Made by a program: the position numbers and the translations under genes | Notes under the pieces: model-generated | What the model was told of the DNA's origin: nothing | Seen by the model: the letters and a program-made list of their open reading frames with translations, nothing else | Database searches by the model: none | Shown here: piece by piece, positions 9,942-18,302 of the stretch | How the letters are laid out: the number at the start of each line of letters is the position of its first letter | Position numbering within the stretch: the first letter of the stretch is position 1 | Origin: an uncultured Bacilli bacterium | Lineage (GTDB): Bacteria; Bacillota_I; Bacilli_A; RF39; UBA660 | Reading direction: 5' to 3' | Length of the DNA stretch: 64,000 nucleotides | Assembly (NCBI GenBank): GCA_947624505.1 | Contig: CANQKO010000001.1 | Location: forward strand, 8,948 to 72,947

Positions 9942-10590
9942 ACCCTTGATAATACTTAGCAACTCCTAAAGCAATTGTATCAGCAACCTTTTTTTGATAC
10001 TCCGCAGTTTTAAGTAATTCTCTTTCTCTTCCATTAGATAAAAATCCACACTCAATTAATACACCCTTTATATTTAATTTATTATACATATATGTATCAC
10101 TAGGTATTTTTTTTACTTCTCTATCTCCTTTTAATCTTTCATTCATAACTGCTTGAATTACTTTAGCTAATTCTTCATTTTCTTTATTAAAAAATACTTG
10201 TGGTCCATAATAACTACCATTACTTAAATAATTTAAATGAATACTCAAATATATATCTGAATTACTTTCATTAATCATTTTAATTCGATTATCAAAATCA
10301 CTTTTCTTTCTATATGTTGCATTTGGAGTTGATAAATCATAGTCGCCATTTCTTGTTAATATAACACTAGCTCCTAGTTTACTTAAACTTTTTTCCAAAT
10401 ATAAACTAATACTTAAATTAATATCTTTTTCATATATTTTGCCATAACTAGTTCCTGGGTCTTCTAAACCGTGACCTGGATCTATTATTATAGTTTTACC
10501 TGTAAGAGGTAATACCGCTCTTACCTTAAAGCCATATAATATTATTACACAAATAAAAAAGATAAAAAATACTCTAAACATTCTTTTCAT
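9940..10590 (-). CDS. cwlD: N-acetylmuramoyl-L-alanine amidase, CwlD-like (Amidase_3)
   Basis: Signal/TM N-terminus, then IIIDPGHGLEDPGT, SIHLN and LIECGFLSN, which are the Amidase_3 zinc-ligand contexts. The size is typical of germination-specific CwlD. Confidence 0.8.
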   Translation of the reverse strand: MKRMFRVFFIFFICVIILYGFKVRAVLPLTGKTIIIDPGHGLEDPGTSYGKIYEKDINLSISLYLEKSLSKLGASVILTRNGDYDLSTPNATYRKKSDFDNRIKMINESNSDIYLSIHLNYLSNGSYYGPQVFFNKENEELAKVIQAVMNERLKGDREVKKIPSDTYMYNKLNIKGVLIECGFLSNGRERELLKTAEYQKKVADTIALGVAKYYQG

Positions 10591-10629
10591 ATTAAATATT
10601 ACTCATAATAATTTTATATATGAAAAAAT

Positions 10630-10661
10630 AATTAAAAAATAGGAAGGAATAACTTCCTTCC
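10630..10661 (-). terminator. Terminator of the 612-aa surface protein gene
   Basis: Stem ggaaggaa (10642-10649), loop taac, stem ttccttcc (10654-10661). The minus-strand RNA is followed by UAUUUUUU. Confidence 0.7.
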
Positions 10662-10721
10662 AAAGAGTTAAGTCTATGAGGTTTTTACGAGTTTTCCTTC
10701 TCGAAGTAATTTTAATATATT

Positions 10722-12560
10722 TTAATGTTTTAGTAATGCTTCTTTATAGCATACAAGATTACTTGTTCCACTTCCAGAAAATTCCTTCCATCCAGATTCA
10801 CAGTTATATAACGTTTCATTATAATTTTCTACACTTCCGAGCTGTCCCGTTCCAACGCATCCACTTTCACACTGATTTAAACTAGAATAATCTTCGCCGA
10901 GAACGTCACACCAAAACTTAGTTTCTTCAACCGCGGGAGTGGAGGATTTGCAGAAGACTTCACATGAAGATTTTTTATCGTACAAATCAGTTAGCAAAGA
11001 ACACTTCCACCACGTTTGGTAGCCGGACAACTCACACAAACCCTTCGTCACACATTTCGTTCCGCTCACTTCGCCACCTTGAGGACAACTATAAGACGCG
11101 ACCTGAGAGCAAGTTCCTTTTTTCTCACCTGTGCAAGCCTCTCTTGCTAGTGCTTCTGATTCATATTTTTTTGAAGTATCAACACTACAAGTCCAACGGG
11201 TTACTAATGAAGATTTACCATTGCTTTTACAAATCCATCCCTTCTGCTCATCAAAAACTAAATCTCCACCAACATTGTCACAAGTATATCCAAATTGGGT
11301 GGTAACTTTTACATTTGGATAAATCGTATTCCATCTTCCTGATGCATCTCTTACTCTTCCCTCTATTGTATATTCTGTTCCATCTTTTAATTTTGTTCCA
11401 TCATCTAAACTATTTATTGTACAGTCTCCATTTGTACCTGTATCTTTCCAAGTACTTTGATTATTTATTTTACATTGTCTTCCTATTAATGCTTCTGTTC
11501 CTGTATATCCTACTGTTACTGTTATACTTTCGGTATCGTGTGTTTTTTCACTTATTGTGGCTGTTGGATTTGTTTTATCTAAGGTTATTTTCTTACTTAT
11601 ACTTGCTTCATTTCCTGCCTTATCTTTTACCTTTATTATAACTGTCTTCTCTCCTTCTGTATCACTTAAAGTAAATGCAGTATTTGTAAATGTTTTTGTT
11701 GTAGAACTTACTAAGTTACAAGATGTCTCCCCTATACAATTACTTTCCATATTTGCTTCGGTTATACTTGCTGTATATGTTATATTCTTGGTATGTGTAT
11801 ATGTTTCACTATTACTTAATGTTTGTCCTGTTTCATTTGTTCCTTTTAAGGCAAGTGTTACACTTGGTATTGTCCTATCTACTGTTATTGATTTTGTTTG
11901 AACTGCTGATATATTACCTGCTTTATCTTTGATATATACACTTACATTTTTACTAACACCATTACTACTTGTATATGTATTATTACTTACTGATATTGTT
12001 TTAACACTTTTATCTGTTAATTCTATCCAGTTACTACAACTTGTTGTATCATTTATACAATAACTTACTACATCACTATCTTGCCAATCTATTTTATATG
12101 TTACTGTATTGTTATATGTAAAACCATTTGTTAAGTTTTGATTACCACTTGTTTTTCCGATTATTGTATAATTACTTATACTTGGTTTATCATCTTTATC
12201 AAAATATAAATCACAATAGATTGTTTTATTACTATTTACTGTTATTAAACCATTTATACTTCCTTTTGTTAATTCTTGAGTTACAGGTATTGGTGTAATA
12301 TTTTGATCATTATAACTTTTACATACAGACTTTGTTGTATTAAGTAAATATCCACTTGTTGGAAATGTTGTATCACTTACTGATACATAATCTTTCTTTC
12401 CTGTAGTTTGTTCTTTATATATATTAAATTCTTTTCTTTCTACTTTTATTAATTTACTTTTTTCTATTATATTATTATCTTTCTTTAATACTAAAAATAT
12501 GTTTAATACTATTAATAATATTATTGTTATAATAATTATTACTCTTTTATTCTTTTTCAT
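10722..12560 (-). CDS. Membrane-anchored extracellular protein with Ig-like repeats and a Cys-rich C-terminal domain
   Basis: N-terminal TM helix (VIIIITIILLIVLNIFLVL). Repeated KDKAGN...D(R/K)T.P segments are typical of bacterial Ig-like repeats. The last ~190 aa carry 16 Cys. Confidence 0.75.
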   Translation of the reverse strand: MKKNKRVIIIITIILLIVLNIFLVLKKDNNIIEKSKLIKVERKEFNIYKEQTTGKKDYVSVSDTTFPTSGYLLNTTKSVCKSYNDQNITPIPVTQELTKGSINGLITVNSNKTIYCDLYFDKDDKPSISNYTIIGKTSGNQNLTNGFTYNNTVTYKIDWQDSDVVSYCINDTTSCSNWIELTDKSVKTISVSNNTYTSSNGVSKNVSVYIKDKAGNISAVQTKSITVDRTIPSVTLALKGTNETGQTLSNSETYTHTKNITYTASITEANMESNCIGETSCNLVSSTTKTFTNTAFTLSDTEGEKTVIIKVKDKAGNEASISKKITLDKTNPTATISEKTHDTESITVTVGYTGTEALIGRQCKINNQSTWKDTGTNGDCTINSLDDGTKLKDGTEYTIEGRVRDASGRWNTIYPNVKVTTQFGYTCDNVGGDLVFDEQKGWICKSNGKSSLVTRWTCSVDTSKKYESEALAREACTGEKKGTCSQVASYSCPQGGEVSGTKCVTKGLCELSGYQTWWKCSLLTDLYDKKSSCEVFCKSSTPAVEETKFWCDVLGEDYSSLNQCESGCVGTGQLGSVENYNETLYNCESGWKEFSGSGTSNLVCYKEALLKH

Positions 12561-12619
12561 AACTTATCTCCTCTATCCTAAATAGATTATATAATTAATT
12601 AAAAAGTTAATTTTAAAAG

Positions 12620-12637
12620 TACAAAATATCTTTTGTA
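12620..12637. promoter_or_regulatory. Imperfect palindrome in the divergent intergenic region (possible XRE operator)
   Basis: TACAAAA-tatc-TTTTGTA (7-bp arms) sits between the divergently transcribed 612-aa gene and the XRE gene. Confidence 0.3.
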
Positions 12638-12688
12638 TATATTCTATTTGTAGTTTTAATTATGAGAAAATTTTTATTGGGATAAGCT

Positions 12689-12919
12689 ATGAATATAAAT
12701 AGATTAAAAGAAATAAGAGAAGATAAAGATTTATTACAAAAAGATGTTGCTAAACATTTAAATATTAAGCAACAACAATACTCAGAATATGAAATAGGTA
12801 AAAGGTTAATTCCTATAAATTATTTAAGTGAACTAGCAGATTTTTATAATGTATCTATAGATTATTTATTAAGTAAAACAGACGAAAGAAAACCTTATCC
12901 TAAAAGTAAGATAAGGTAA
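12689..12919 (+). CDS. XRE-family helix-turn-helix transcriptional regulator
   Basis: 76 aa. LKEIREDKDLLQKDVAKHLNIKQQQYSEYEIGKRLIPINYLSELADFYNVSIDYLL is a classic Cro/C1 HTH. Confidence 0.85.
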   Translation: MNINRLKEIREDKDLLQKDVAKHLNIKQQQYSEYEIGKRLIPINYLSELADFYNVSIDYLLSKTDERKPYPKSKIR

Positions 12920-12920
12920 A

Positions 12921-13409
12921 TTATTTTTCTTTGTTGATAACTTTAAAGTTATCAACAATTTTATCAAAAGATATTGCACAATTAGCGGGACTAGTAGAAT
13001 ATAAATAAGTTGCGACAACTTTAGTAGAGGGATAAATATATTTATTATATAAATCATAAGATTTTTTACCTAAAGTATAAATATATTTTATGTTAGTTTC
13101 TTTTAATAATTTATTAATATTATTTACTTTAATATTTTTAATTGATGAATCAGATGATTTATCTATTTCACAAGATTTAATGGTATCCCATAAAGCTATT
13201 TTATGTTTTAATAAAAATTCTTTTTTAGCTTCAATTGTATTATCTTTTATTGTATCATTAAAAACACATTCTAAAATAGGCCAAAATCTATTTTGAGGAT
13301 GCATATAGTAAAAACCTTTTTCTCTTGAAACAATTGATGGCATACTTCCTAAAATAAGTATTTCACTATCAGAATTATAATATGGTTTAATTGGATGTAT
13401 TACTTTCAT
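12921..13409 (-). CDS. DNA-deoxyinosine (hypoxanthine) glycosylase, UDG superfamily
   Basis: ILILGSMPS...REKGFYYMHPQNRFWPIL matches the deoxyinosine glycosylase (family-6-like UDG) N-terminal signature. The 162-aa size also fits. Confidence 0.7.
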   Translation of the reverse strand: MKVIHPIKPYYNSDSEILILGSMPSIVSREKGFYYMHPQNRFWPILECVFNDTIKDNTIEAKKEFLLKHKIALWDTIKSCEIDKSSDSSIKNIKVNNINKLLKETNIKYIYTLGKKSYDLYNKYIYPSTKVVATYLYSTSPANCAISFDKIVDNFKVINKEK

Positions 13410-13425
13410 AATCTTATTATAACCT

Positions 13426-14145
13426 CTATTTAAGATAATTATTTAATCTTTCTATATAAGTATCAGGAATAATACCTTTTATAATGGGATTTTTAGATAC
13501 AAAGAATATAAATTCTTCATTTTTAGTTGCTATTATTTTAGTAAATATATTATCTAAATTTAAGTATTCACTAACTAAAGAAATAAGTTCACAAATATAA
13601 TAACTATCTCTTATTTTTATATAATAATTAGCAATCTTTTCTAAATCAATTTTATTCTCATACTTATTAGCTAAATTCCATAACTCTTCTTTATTATCTT
13701 CTTTAATATAATTATCTATTAATTTATTAAGATATTTATTAAAACTTTTATATTCTTTAATAGATGATGGCCAATTTGGTTTAAAATTTTTTAAATAATC
13801 TAAAAGAAGATCAGCAAACTTTTCTATATTAGGATCATCTACAATTGTATTTAAATATTTATGAACACCTTTTTTTGTATTAACATAATTAATATAAAAT
13901 GCTAAGAGATTAGAATTGCCAACTTTTTCTTTAGCAAGTGATACAATTGATTCTAAACATTCTCTTGTACAACTATAACGTGGTTTAAAAGGGCTAGCAC
14001 TAGTAAACATAATATAAACACAACCAATAAATAATTTATCTGTCCCATCACTTGGAAAAGTTTTCTTAGCAAATTCTATAACACTATCTAAATTACCACT
14101 GTTCTCATAATCATCATATAATTCCATTAAAATTCTATTTATCAT
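13426..14145 (-). CDS. Hypothetical protein, helical, no recognisable motif
   Basis: 239-aa ORF. It starts 15 nt after the methylase stop, and its own stop lies 16 nt before the glycosylase start. Confidence 0.6.
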   Translation of the reverse strand: MINRILMELYDDYENSGNLDSVIEFAKKTFPSDGTDKLFIGCVYIMFTSASPFKPRYSCTRECLESIVSLAKEKVGNSNLLAFYINYVNTKKGVHKYLNTIVDDPNIEKFADLLLDYLKNFKPNWPSSIKEYKSFNKYLNKLIDNYIKEDNKEELWNLANKYENKIDLEKIANYYIKIRDSYYICELISLVSEYLNLDNIFTKIIATKNEEFIFFVSKNPIIKGIIPDTYIERLNNYLK

Positions 14146-14160
14146 TTTTTAAATCTCTCT

Positions 14161-15192
14161 TTATTTTTCTAAACAATGAATATATTCTATAGTATATTTT
14201 TTAGAATACTTTCTTTTGGTATCTGCTTTATATCTTCGATGATTCTTTTCATAACATTTGTAATGACCATATTTAGACATTACTTTTTTTATATCTTCAA
14301 TAGATATTATTCCTTCATCATTATAACTTAATAATATATATTTAAAATTGGCATTTTTTATTAAATCTTCTAAAGCATTTAAAGCATCTTTTTTAATGCA
14401 ATATTTACTTTTTTTATTTTCTTCTACTCTTACCCCTGCTTTTCCTTTTATTAAAGGATTATCATATAAAGCAATAGTTTCTAACATATGATAATTAGTA
14501 TCATACTTTCTCGTATTATATGGTGGATCTAAATATAAAATATCCCCTTTTATTTCTTTTATTAAAACATTTGCATCTTTATTATAAGCTTTAAAAGTTT
14601 TATTAGGATAAATATTAATATCTAAAGGTTTTAATTCCATTTTTTTACTTGCTGATCCTTTTAATTTTTTTAAAAATGCTTCATAAACTGACGCTGTATT
14701 GGCTACTTTATCCGCGGCTTCAATTAAAGAAGCAATTAAATAATCATATTCTTTACTATTTATTTTATTTAAGTTTTTCCACTCTTCAATTTTAAGTCTA
14801 ATAGCATCTATTTTTAAAGCATTTTCATCAGAAAAAAATTGTCTAACTATTTCCTTGTCCTTAGTTCCCCCATTAGCATAGTTATTATAAATAAATCCTT
14901 CAACACCCTTTAAATTATTTAAATAAGAAAATGGTTCAATACCATCTTTTTTTAATTCTAAAAATGTTAATTCTTCATTATTTTCAATAATTGCTTTAGC
15001 AGTTATATAACTAAAATATAAAATATCATTAGATATAATATTATAACCTTTTCTTTTAAAATATTTACCTACTATATTTGTACCTGAAAAGATATCACAA
15101 AATATAATATTTTTTTTCTTTAGTTTACAAAAGTCATCTACTACATAATCAATATAATCTAATATTGAATACTTTGACCCGATATAATTCAT
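14161..15192 (-). CDS. D12-class N6-adenine DNA methyltransferase
   Basis: N-terminal MNYIGSKY, SAM-binding DIFSGT, and the catalytic YLDPPYN followed by RKYDTNYHMLE. Confidence 0.85.
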   Translation of the reverse strand: MNYIGSKYSILDYIDYVVDDFCKLKKKNIIFCDIFSGTNIVGKYFKRKGYNIISNDILYFSYITAKAIIENNEELTFLELKKDGIEPFSYLNNLKGVEGFIYNNYANGGTKDKEIVRQFFSDENALKIDAIRLKIEEWKNLNKINSKEYDYLIASLIEAADKVANTASVYEAFLKKLKGSASKKMELKPLDINIYPNKTFKAYNKDANVLIKEIKGDILYLDPPYNTRKYDTNYHMLETIALYDNPLIKGKAGVRVEENKKSKYCIKKDALNALEDLIKNANFKYILLSYNDEGIISIEDIKKVMSKYGHYKCYEKNHRRYKADTKRKYSKKYTIEYIHCLEK

Positions 15193-15246
15193 CTATATAT
15201 CACCTTATTAATTGTATCATGTTTTAAATAATTAAGCATTTATAAT

Positions 15247-16350
15247 TTATTTTTCTTCCCTAAATATTAATTTATCATCTTCTAATTTAAAAGAAATATA
15301 TCTTGTTTTAGACACAATATCATTATCAATATTTAAGTTAATTGATTTTATTTTTTCTTTTACTCTATCAGTTGGAGCTGGGGCCACAATAGTAGGATGA
15401 ATTAAAACCTTACCTTTAATATTAGGAACAACATATTGGCATAGCCACCACACATATTTTTGTAACTGTTCTTTTATATCAACATTAATTTGGACGCTTT
15501 TTAATTCACAAACTACAATATGCGTTGTTAAATCCTCTTTTTGAAAAAAGACAACATCGATACTTTGCATCCCCACACCACAAGACATTTCATTGCCAAT
15601 CCAACTTATACTTTTATCAACTACTTTTAAAGGGGCTATTTCTTCTAAATGTTGCATTAAATAAGCTTGTAAATGAACTTCATAAGCATTCTTCTTTTGA
15701 TATTTATATTTTAATCTATTAAAAATATCTAACTTTTTTATCTCTCCTAAATAATTATAGGATTGCTTACTTTTAATTATTTTATAATTTTTACTATCAT
15801 AAGCTAAATAATTGGCATCCAATTTTTGACTTTTATTCTTTTTTCTAATTTTATTCATTATAAATTCATATTCATAATCCGTTATCATTGTACAACCACG
15901 ATTAGCGCGTAATTTACGATAAATTAAACTCCAACATAATTCATAAGGTTTATTTATACCTTCTAAACTATCCAAACAATCTCTTTCCGTAATACCATTT
16001 TCATATACTTCATAGGGATTTATTTTAACTCGAAAAGGAAGTTTTTTATGTAATTCCTTTTGTAAATAATCATCACTTGCTAAAAAGGGTGTATCACTGA
16101 CAATAAAAGATCCAAAAAACAAACCATCGGTATCACCATATTTTTGTAAATAAAAAAGTATTTTATCGCCTTTTCTAATTCTAGAGATATCCGCTACCAT
16201 CTCGGTTAACATTTTTTCAACTATACCATAAATTAAAGCATTATTATCCCATAAGTAATTACAATTATATTCTTTAGCACCTGTACCAGCAAATAAATAT
16301 TTTAAATGAATATCAAAAGTTTTCTCATCAACAATAAAAACGTGAGCCAA
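15247..16350 (-). CDS. Putative restriction endonuclease with a NucS/DUF91-like PD-(D/E)xK C-terminal domain and an uncharacterised, possibly PUA/EVE-like, N-domain
   Basis: The C-terminal half EVHLQAYLMQHLEEI...GNEMS...SIDVVFF...HIVVCELKSV...QLQKYVWWL follows the NucS-type nuclease pattern (D265, E282, K284 by my count). The N-domain has an RKGDKILFY motif. The gene lies directly upstream of the methylase. Confidence 0.6.
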   Translation of the reverse strand: MAHVFIVDEKTFDIHLKYLFAGTGAKEYNCNYLWDNNALIYGIVEKMLTEMVADISRIRKGDKILFYLQKYGDTDGLFFGSFIVSDTPFLASDDYLQKELHKKLPFRVKINPYEVYENGITERDCLDSLEGINKPYELCWSLIYRKLRANRGCTMITDYEYEFIMNKIRKKNKSQKLDANYLAYDSKNYKIIKSKQSYNYLGEIKKLDIFNRLKYKYQKKNAYEVHLQAYLMQHLEEIAPLKVVDKSISWIGNEMSCGVGMQSIDVVFFQKEDLTTHIVVCELKSVQINVDIKEQLQKYVWWLCQYVVPNIKGKVLIHPTIVAPAPTDRVKEKIKSINLNIDNDIVSKTRYISFKLEDDKLIFREEK

Positions 16351-16413
16351 TTAAAACACCTCTTTTTATATATTCTATAACTAATTATTTTTAATTGCAA
16401 TATTTTCTAATAT

Positions 16414-16443
16414 CAAAAAAAGCCCGAATATATCGAACTTTTT
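16414..16443 (-). terminator. Probable terminator after rpsI
   Basis: The minus-strand RNA reads AGUUCG-auauauu-CGGGCU (6-bp stem including two G-U pairs), followed by UUUUUUU. Confidence 0.5.
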
Positions 16444-16458
16444 AAATATTGTATAATA

Positions 16459-16878
16459 TTAACGTTTACTAAATTGTGGAGCACGACGGGCTTTCTTTAA
16501 ACCATATTTTTTACGTTCTTTAACTCTTGGATCTCTTGTAACAAATCCAGCTGTTTTTAAAATATGTCTATAACTATCTTCTCTTGTTTGATCAGTTGTA
16601 CTATCAAAATCAAGTAATGCTCTAGTTATAGCAAGTCTAATGGCACCAGTTTGGCCATCAAATCCACCACCATTAACTTTTACAGTAATATCAAATCTGT
16701 TTTCATTATTAGTAGCTACTAAAGGTTGTTTTAAATCCATTACTAATGTAGATGATGGCATATATTCATCAACATCTCTACCATTAACAGTAATTTTTCC
16801 TGTTCCACCAACTAATTTAACTTGAGCAACAGCACTTTTTCTTCTACCTGTTGCAGTCCATACTTGTTTATTTGCCAT
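16459..16878 (-). CDS. rpsI: 30S ribosomal protein S9
   Basis: 139 aa. [10 protein letters not shown]...[19 protein letters not shown]...[25 protein letters not shown]. Confidence 0.97.
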   Translation of the reverse strand: MANKQVWTATGRRKSAVAQVKLVGGTGKITVNGRDVDEYMPSSTLVMDLKQPLVATNNENRFDITVKVNGGGFDGQTGAIRLAITRALLDFDSTTDQTREDSYRHILKTAGFVTRDPRVKERKKYGLKKARRAPQFSKR

Positions 16879-16886
16879 AAGTCCTC

Positions 16887-17318
16887 CTAATCAATCTTTA
16901 CTTCTACAGGCTTTTGAGCTGTATGTTTATGTTCACTACCAGCATAAACATATAACTTTTTACCCATAGCTCTACCTAATCTATTATGGGGAAGCATTCC
17001 TTTAATGGCTCTTTCAACCATTTCTTCTGGATATTCTTCAACCATAACTTTAGCAGATCTTTCTCTTAAACCACCAGGGAATCCTGAATGATTATAATAT
17101 TTTTTGTCTGTTAACTTTTTACCTGTTAGTTTAACTTTAGAAGCGTTAATAACTATAACATTATCTCCACAGTCAACATATGGAGTGTAAGTTGGTTTAT
17201 GTTTGCCACTTAAAATATGTGCAGCTTTAGTTGCTAGACGACCTAAAGTTTGACCATCAGCATCAATAACATACCAACCTCTTTCAATTGTTTCTTTTTT
17301 TTGCATAAATGATTTCAT
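16887..17318 (-). CDS. rplM: 50S ribosomal protein L13
   Basis: 143 aa. [32 protein letters not shown]...GMLPHNRLG. Confidence 0.97.
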   Translation of the reverse strand: MKSFMQKKETIERGWYVIDADGQTLGRLATKAAHILSGKHKPTYTPYVDCGDNVIVINASKVKLTGKKLTDKKYYNHSGFPGGLRERSAKVMVEEYPEEMVERAIKGMLPHNRLGRAMGKKLYVYAGSEHKHTAQKPVEVKID

Positions 17319-17400
17319 AATTTCAATAACCTTTCCTTATGTTATCTATTAAACTTTCCCAGGGCTTAATAAACTTCATAAATAAAATGTACCATATTAA

Positions 17401-17429
17401 ATTATATGGCACTATAGTCTATTTGTCAA
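17401..17429 (-). promoter_or_regulatory. Consensus sigma-A promoter of rplM-rpsI, followed by a ~75-nt leader
   Basis: Minus strand: TTGACA (17429-17424), a 17-nt spacer, then TATAAT (17406-17401). Both hexamers are perfect. Confidence 0.75.
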
Positions 17430-17455
17430 ACAAAATCTTCCATCTTATGCTATTT

Positions 17456-18256
17456 TTAGTCATTATTTTTATATTTAAATAAGACCGAAGGCCGATGTCC
17501 TCCCCCTGTTTGCATTTTATCTGTTTTTTCAACTTTACTCGCTATCATTCTTCTAAAAGCTGGATCTAATAATTTTTTCCCTAAAATAACTTCATATACT
17601 TGTTGTAATTCTCCTAAAGTAAAATATTCAGGCATCATATTAAAAACAACATCAGTATATTCTAATTTGTTTTTTAAGCGAGAAATACCACTTACAATTG
17701 CTAAAGGATGATCAAATGCTATTTTATCATTTTCTAATATGGTATATTTATAACGATCAGTCGTTTTTTCTTTTAATGTTTTACCAATTTTAAATTTAAT
17801 TTCTTCATTATCATTATTTAAAGTAACATAAATAGATTCTTTATCTTCAATTGTCATAATATTAAACCAAGAAGCATTAGTGGGTATTTGTTCATTAAGA
17901 GTATTTTTATCAATTAAGGCTAAATAAGCTGTTGATACTACACGCATCCTTGGATCACGATGAGGATTACTAAAAGTATATAATTGCTCTAAATAAATAT
18001 CGTGTAAATTAACTTCACTAGTAAGAATTCTTTTGGCAGCATCTTCAATGTCTTCATCTACTTTAACAAAATCACCCGGTAAAGACCATTTATCTTTAAA
18101 AGGGCTTTTATCTCTTTTCATAAGTAGAACGCTAAAATGTTTTTTATTTAGTTTTCGATAATTACTTTGAATTTCATCGGAAACACTAAAAATTAAAATA
18201 TCTGCAGATATAGATAATTTTTCCGTCTTCGCGCTATCATTAGTTTTACTTTTCAT
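17456..18256 (-). CDS. nrtR: NrtR-like Nudix-related transcriptional regulator of NAD metabolism
   Basis: The N-terminal Nudix fold has a degenerate Nudix box (PGDFVKVDEDIEDAAKRILTSEVNL). The C-terminal winged helix reads FTLGELQQVYEVILGKKLLDPAFRRMI. The gene is last in an NAD gene operon. Confidence 0.75.
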   Translation of the reverse strand: MKSKTNDSAKTEKLSISADILIFSVSDEIQSNYRKLNKKHFSVLLMKRDKSPFKDKWSLPGDFVKVDEDIEDAAKRILTSEVNLHDIYLEQLYTFSNPHRDPRMRVVSTAYLALIDKNTLNEQIPTNASWFNIMTIEDKESIYVTLNNDNEEIKFKIGKTLKEKTTDRYKYTILENDKIAFDHPLAIVSGISRLKNKLEYTDVVFNMMPEYFTLGELQQVYEVILGKKLLDPAFRRMIASKVEKTDKMQTGGGHRPSVLFKYKNND

Positions 18257-18302
18257 CTAAACACCTCATATAAGTCTTATTAACAATATGATTTTAACAT
18301 TT

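Noticed and set aside
10676-11932. Six plus-strand ORFs (10676..10885, 10964..11305, 11131..11322, 11315..11641, 11557..11901, 11723..11932) lying opposite the 612-aa surface protein gene
   Set aside because: They lie antisense to a long, well-supported ORF. Their translations are low-complexity L/F/Y/S strings produced by the T-rich complement of a T/S/N-rich gene. None has a credible RBS.
7040-16350. The idea that the Abi_2 to R-M stretch is a discrete mobile genomic island
   Set aside because: I could find no integrase, recombinase or transposase, no flanking tRNA and no direct repeats at the borders. Housekeeping-type genes (cwlD and the surface protein) are interspersed. Only the 3' part of one gene shows a compositional anomaly.
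17319-17400. Calling the rplM 5' UTR an L13-leader RNA
   Set aside because: The position is right and the promoter is strong. However, I could not fold a convincing conserved structure by eye and I do not remember the consensus well enough, so only the promoter is reported.
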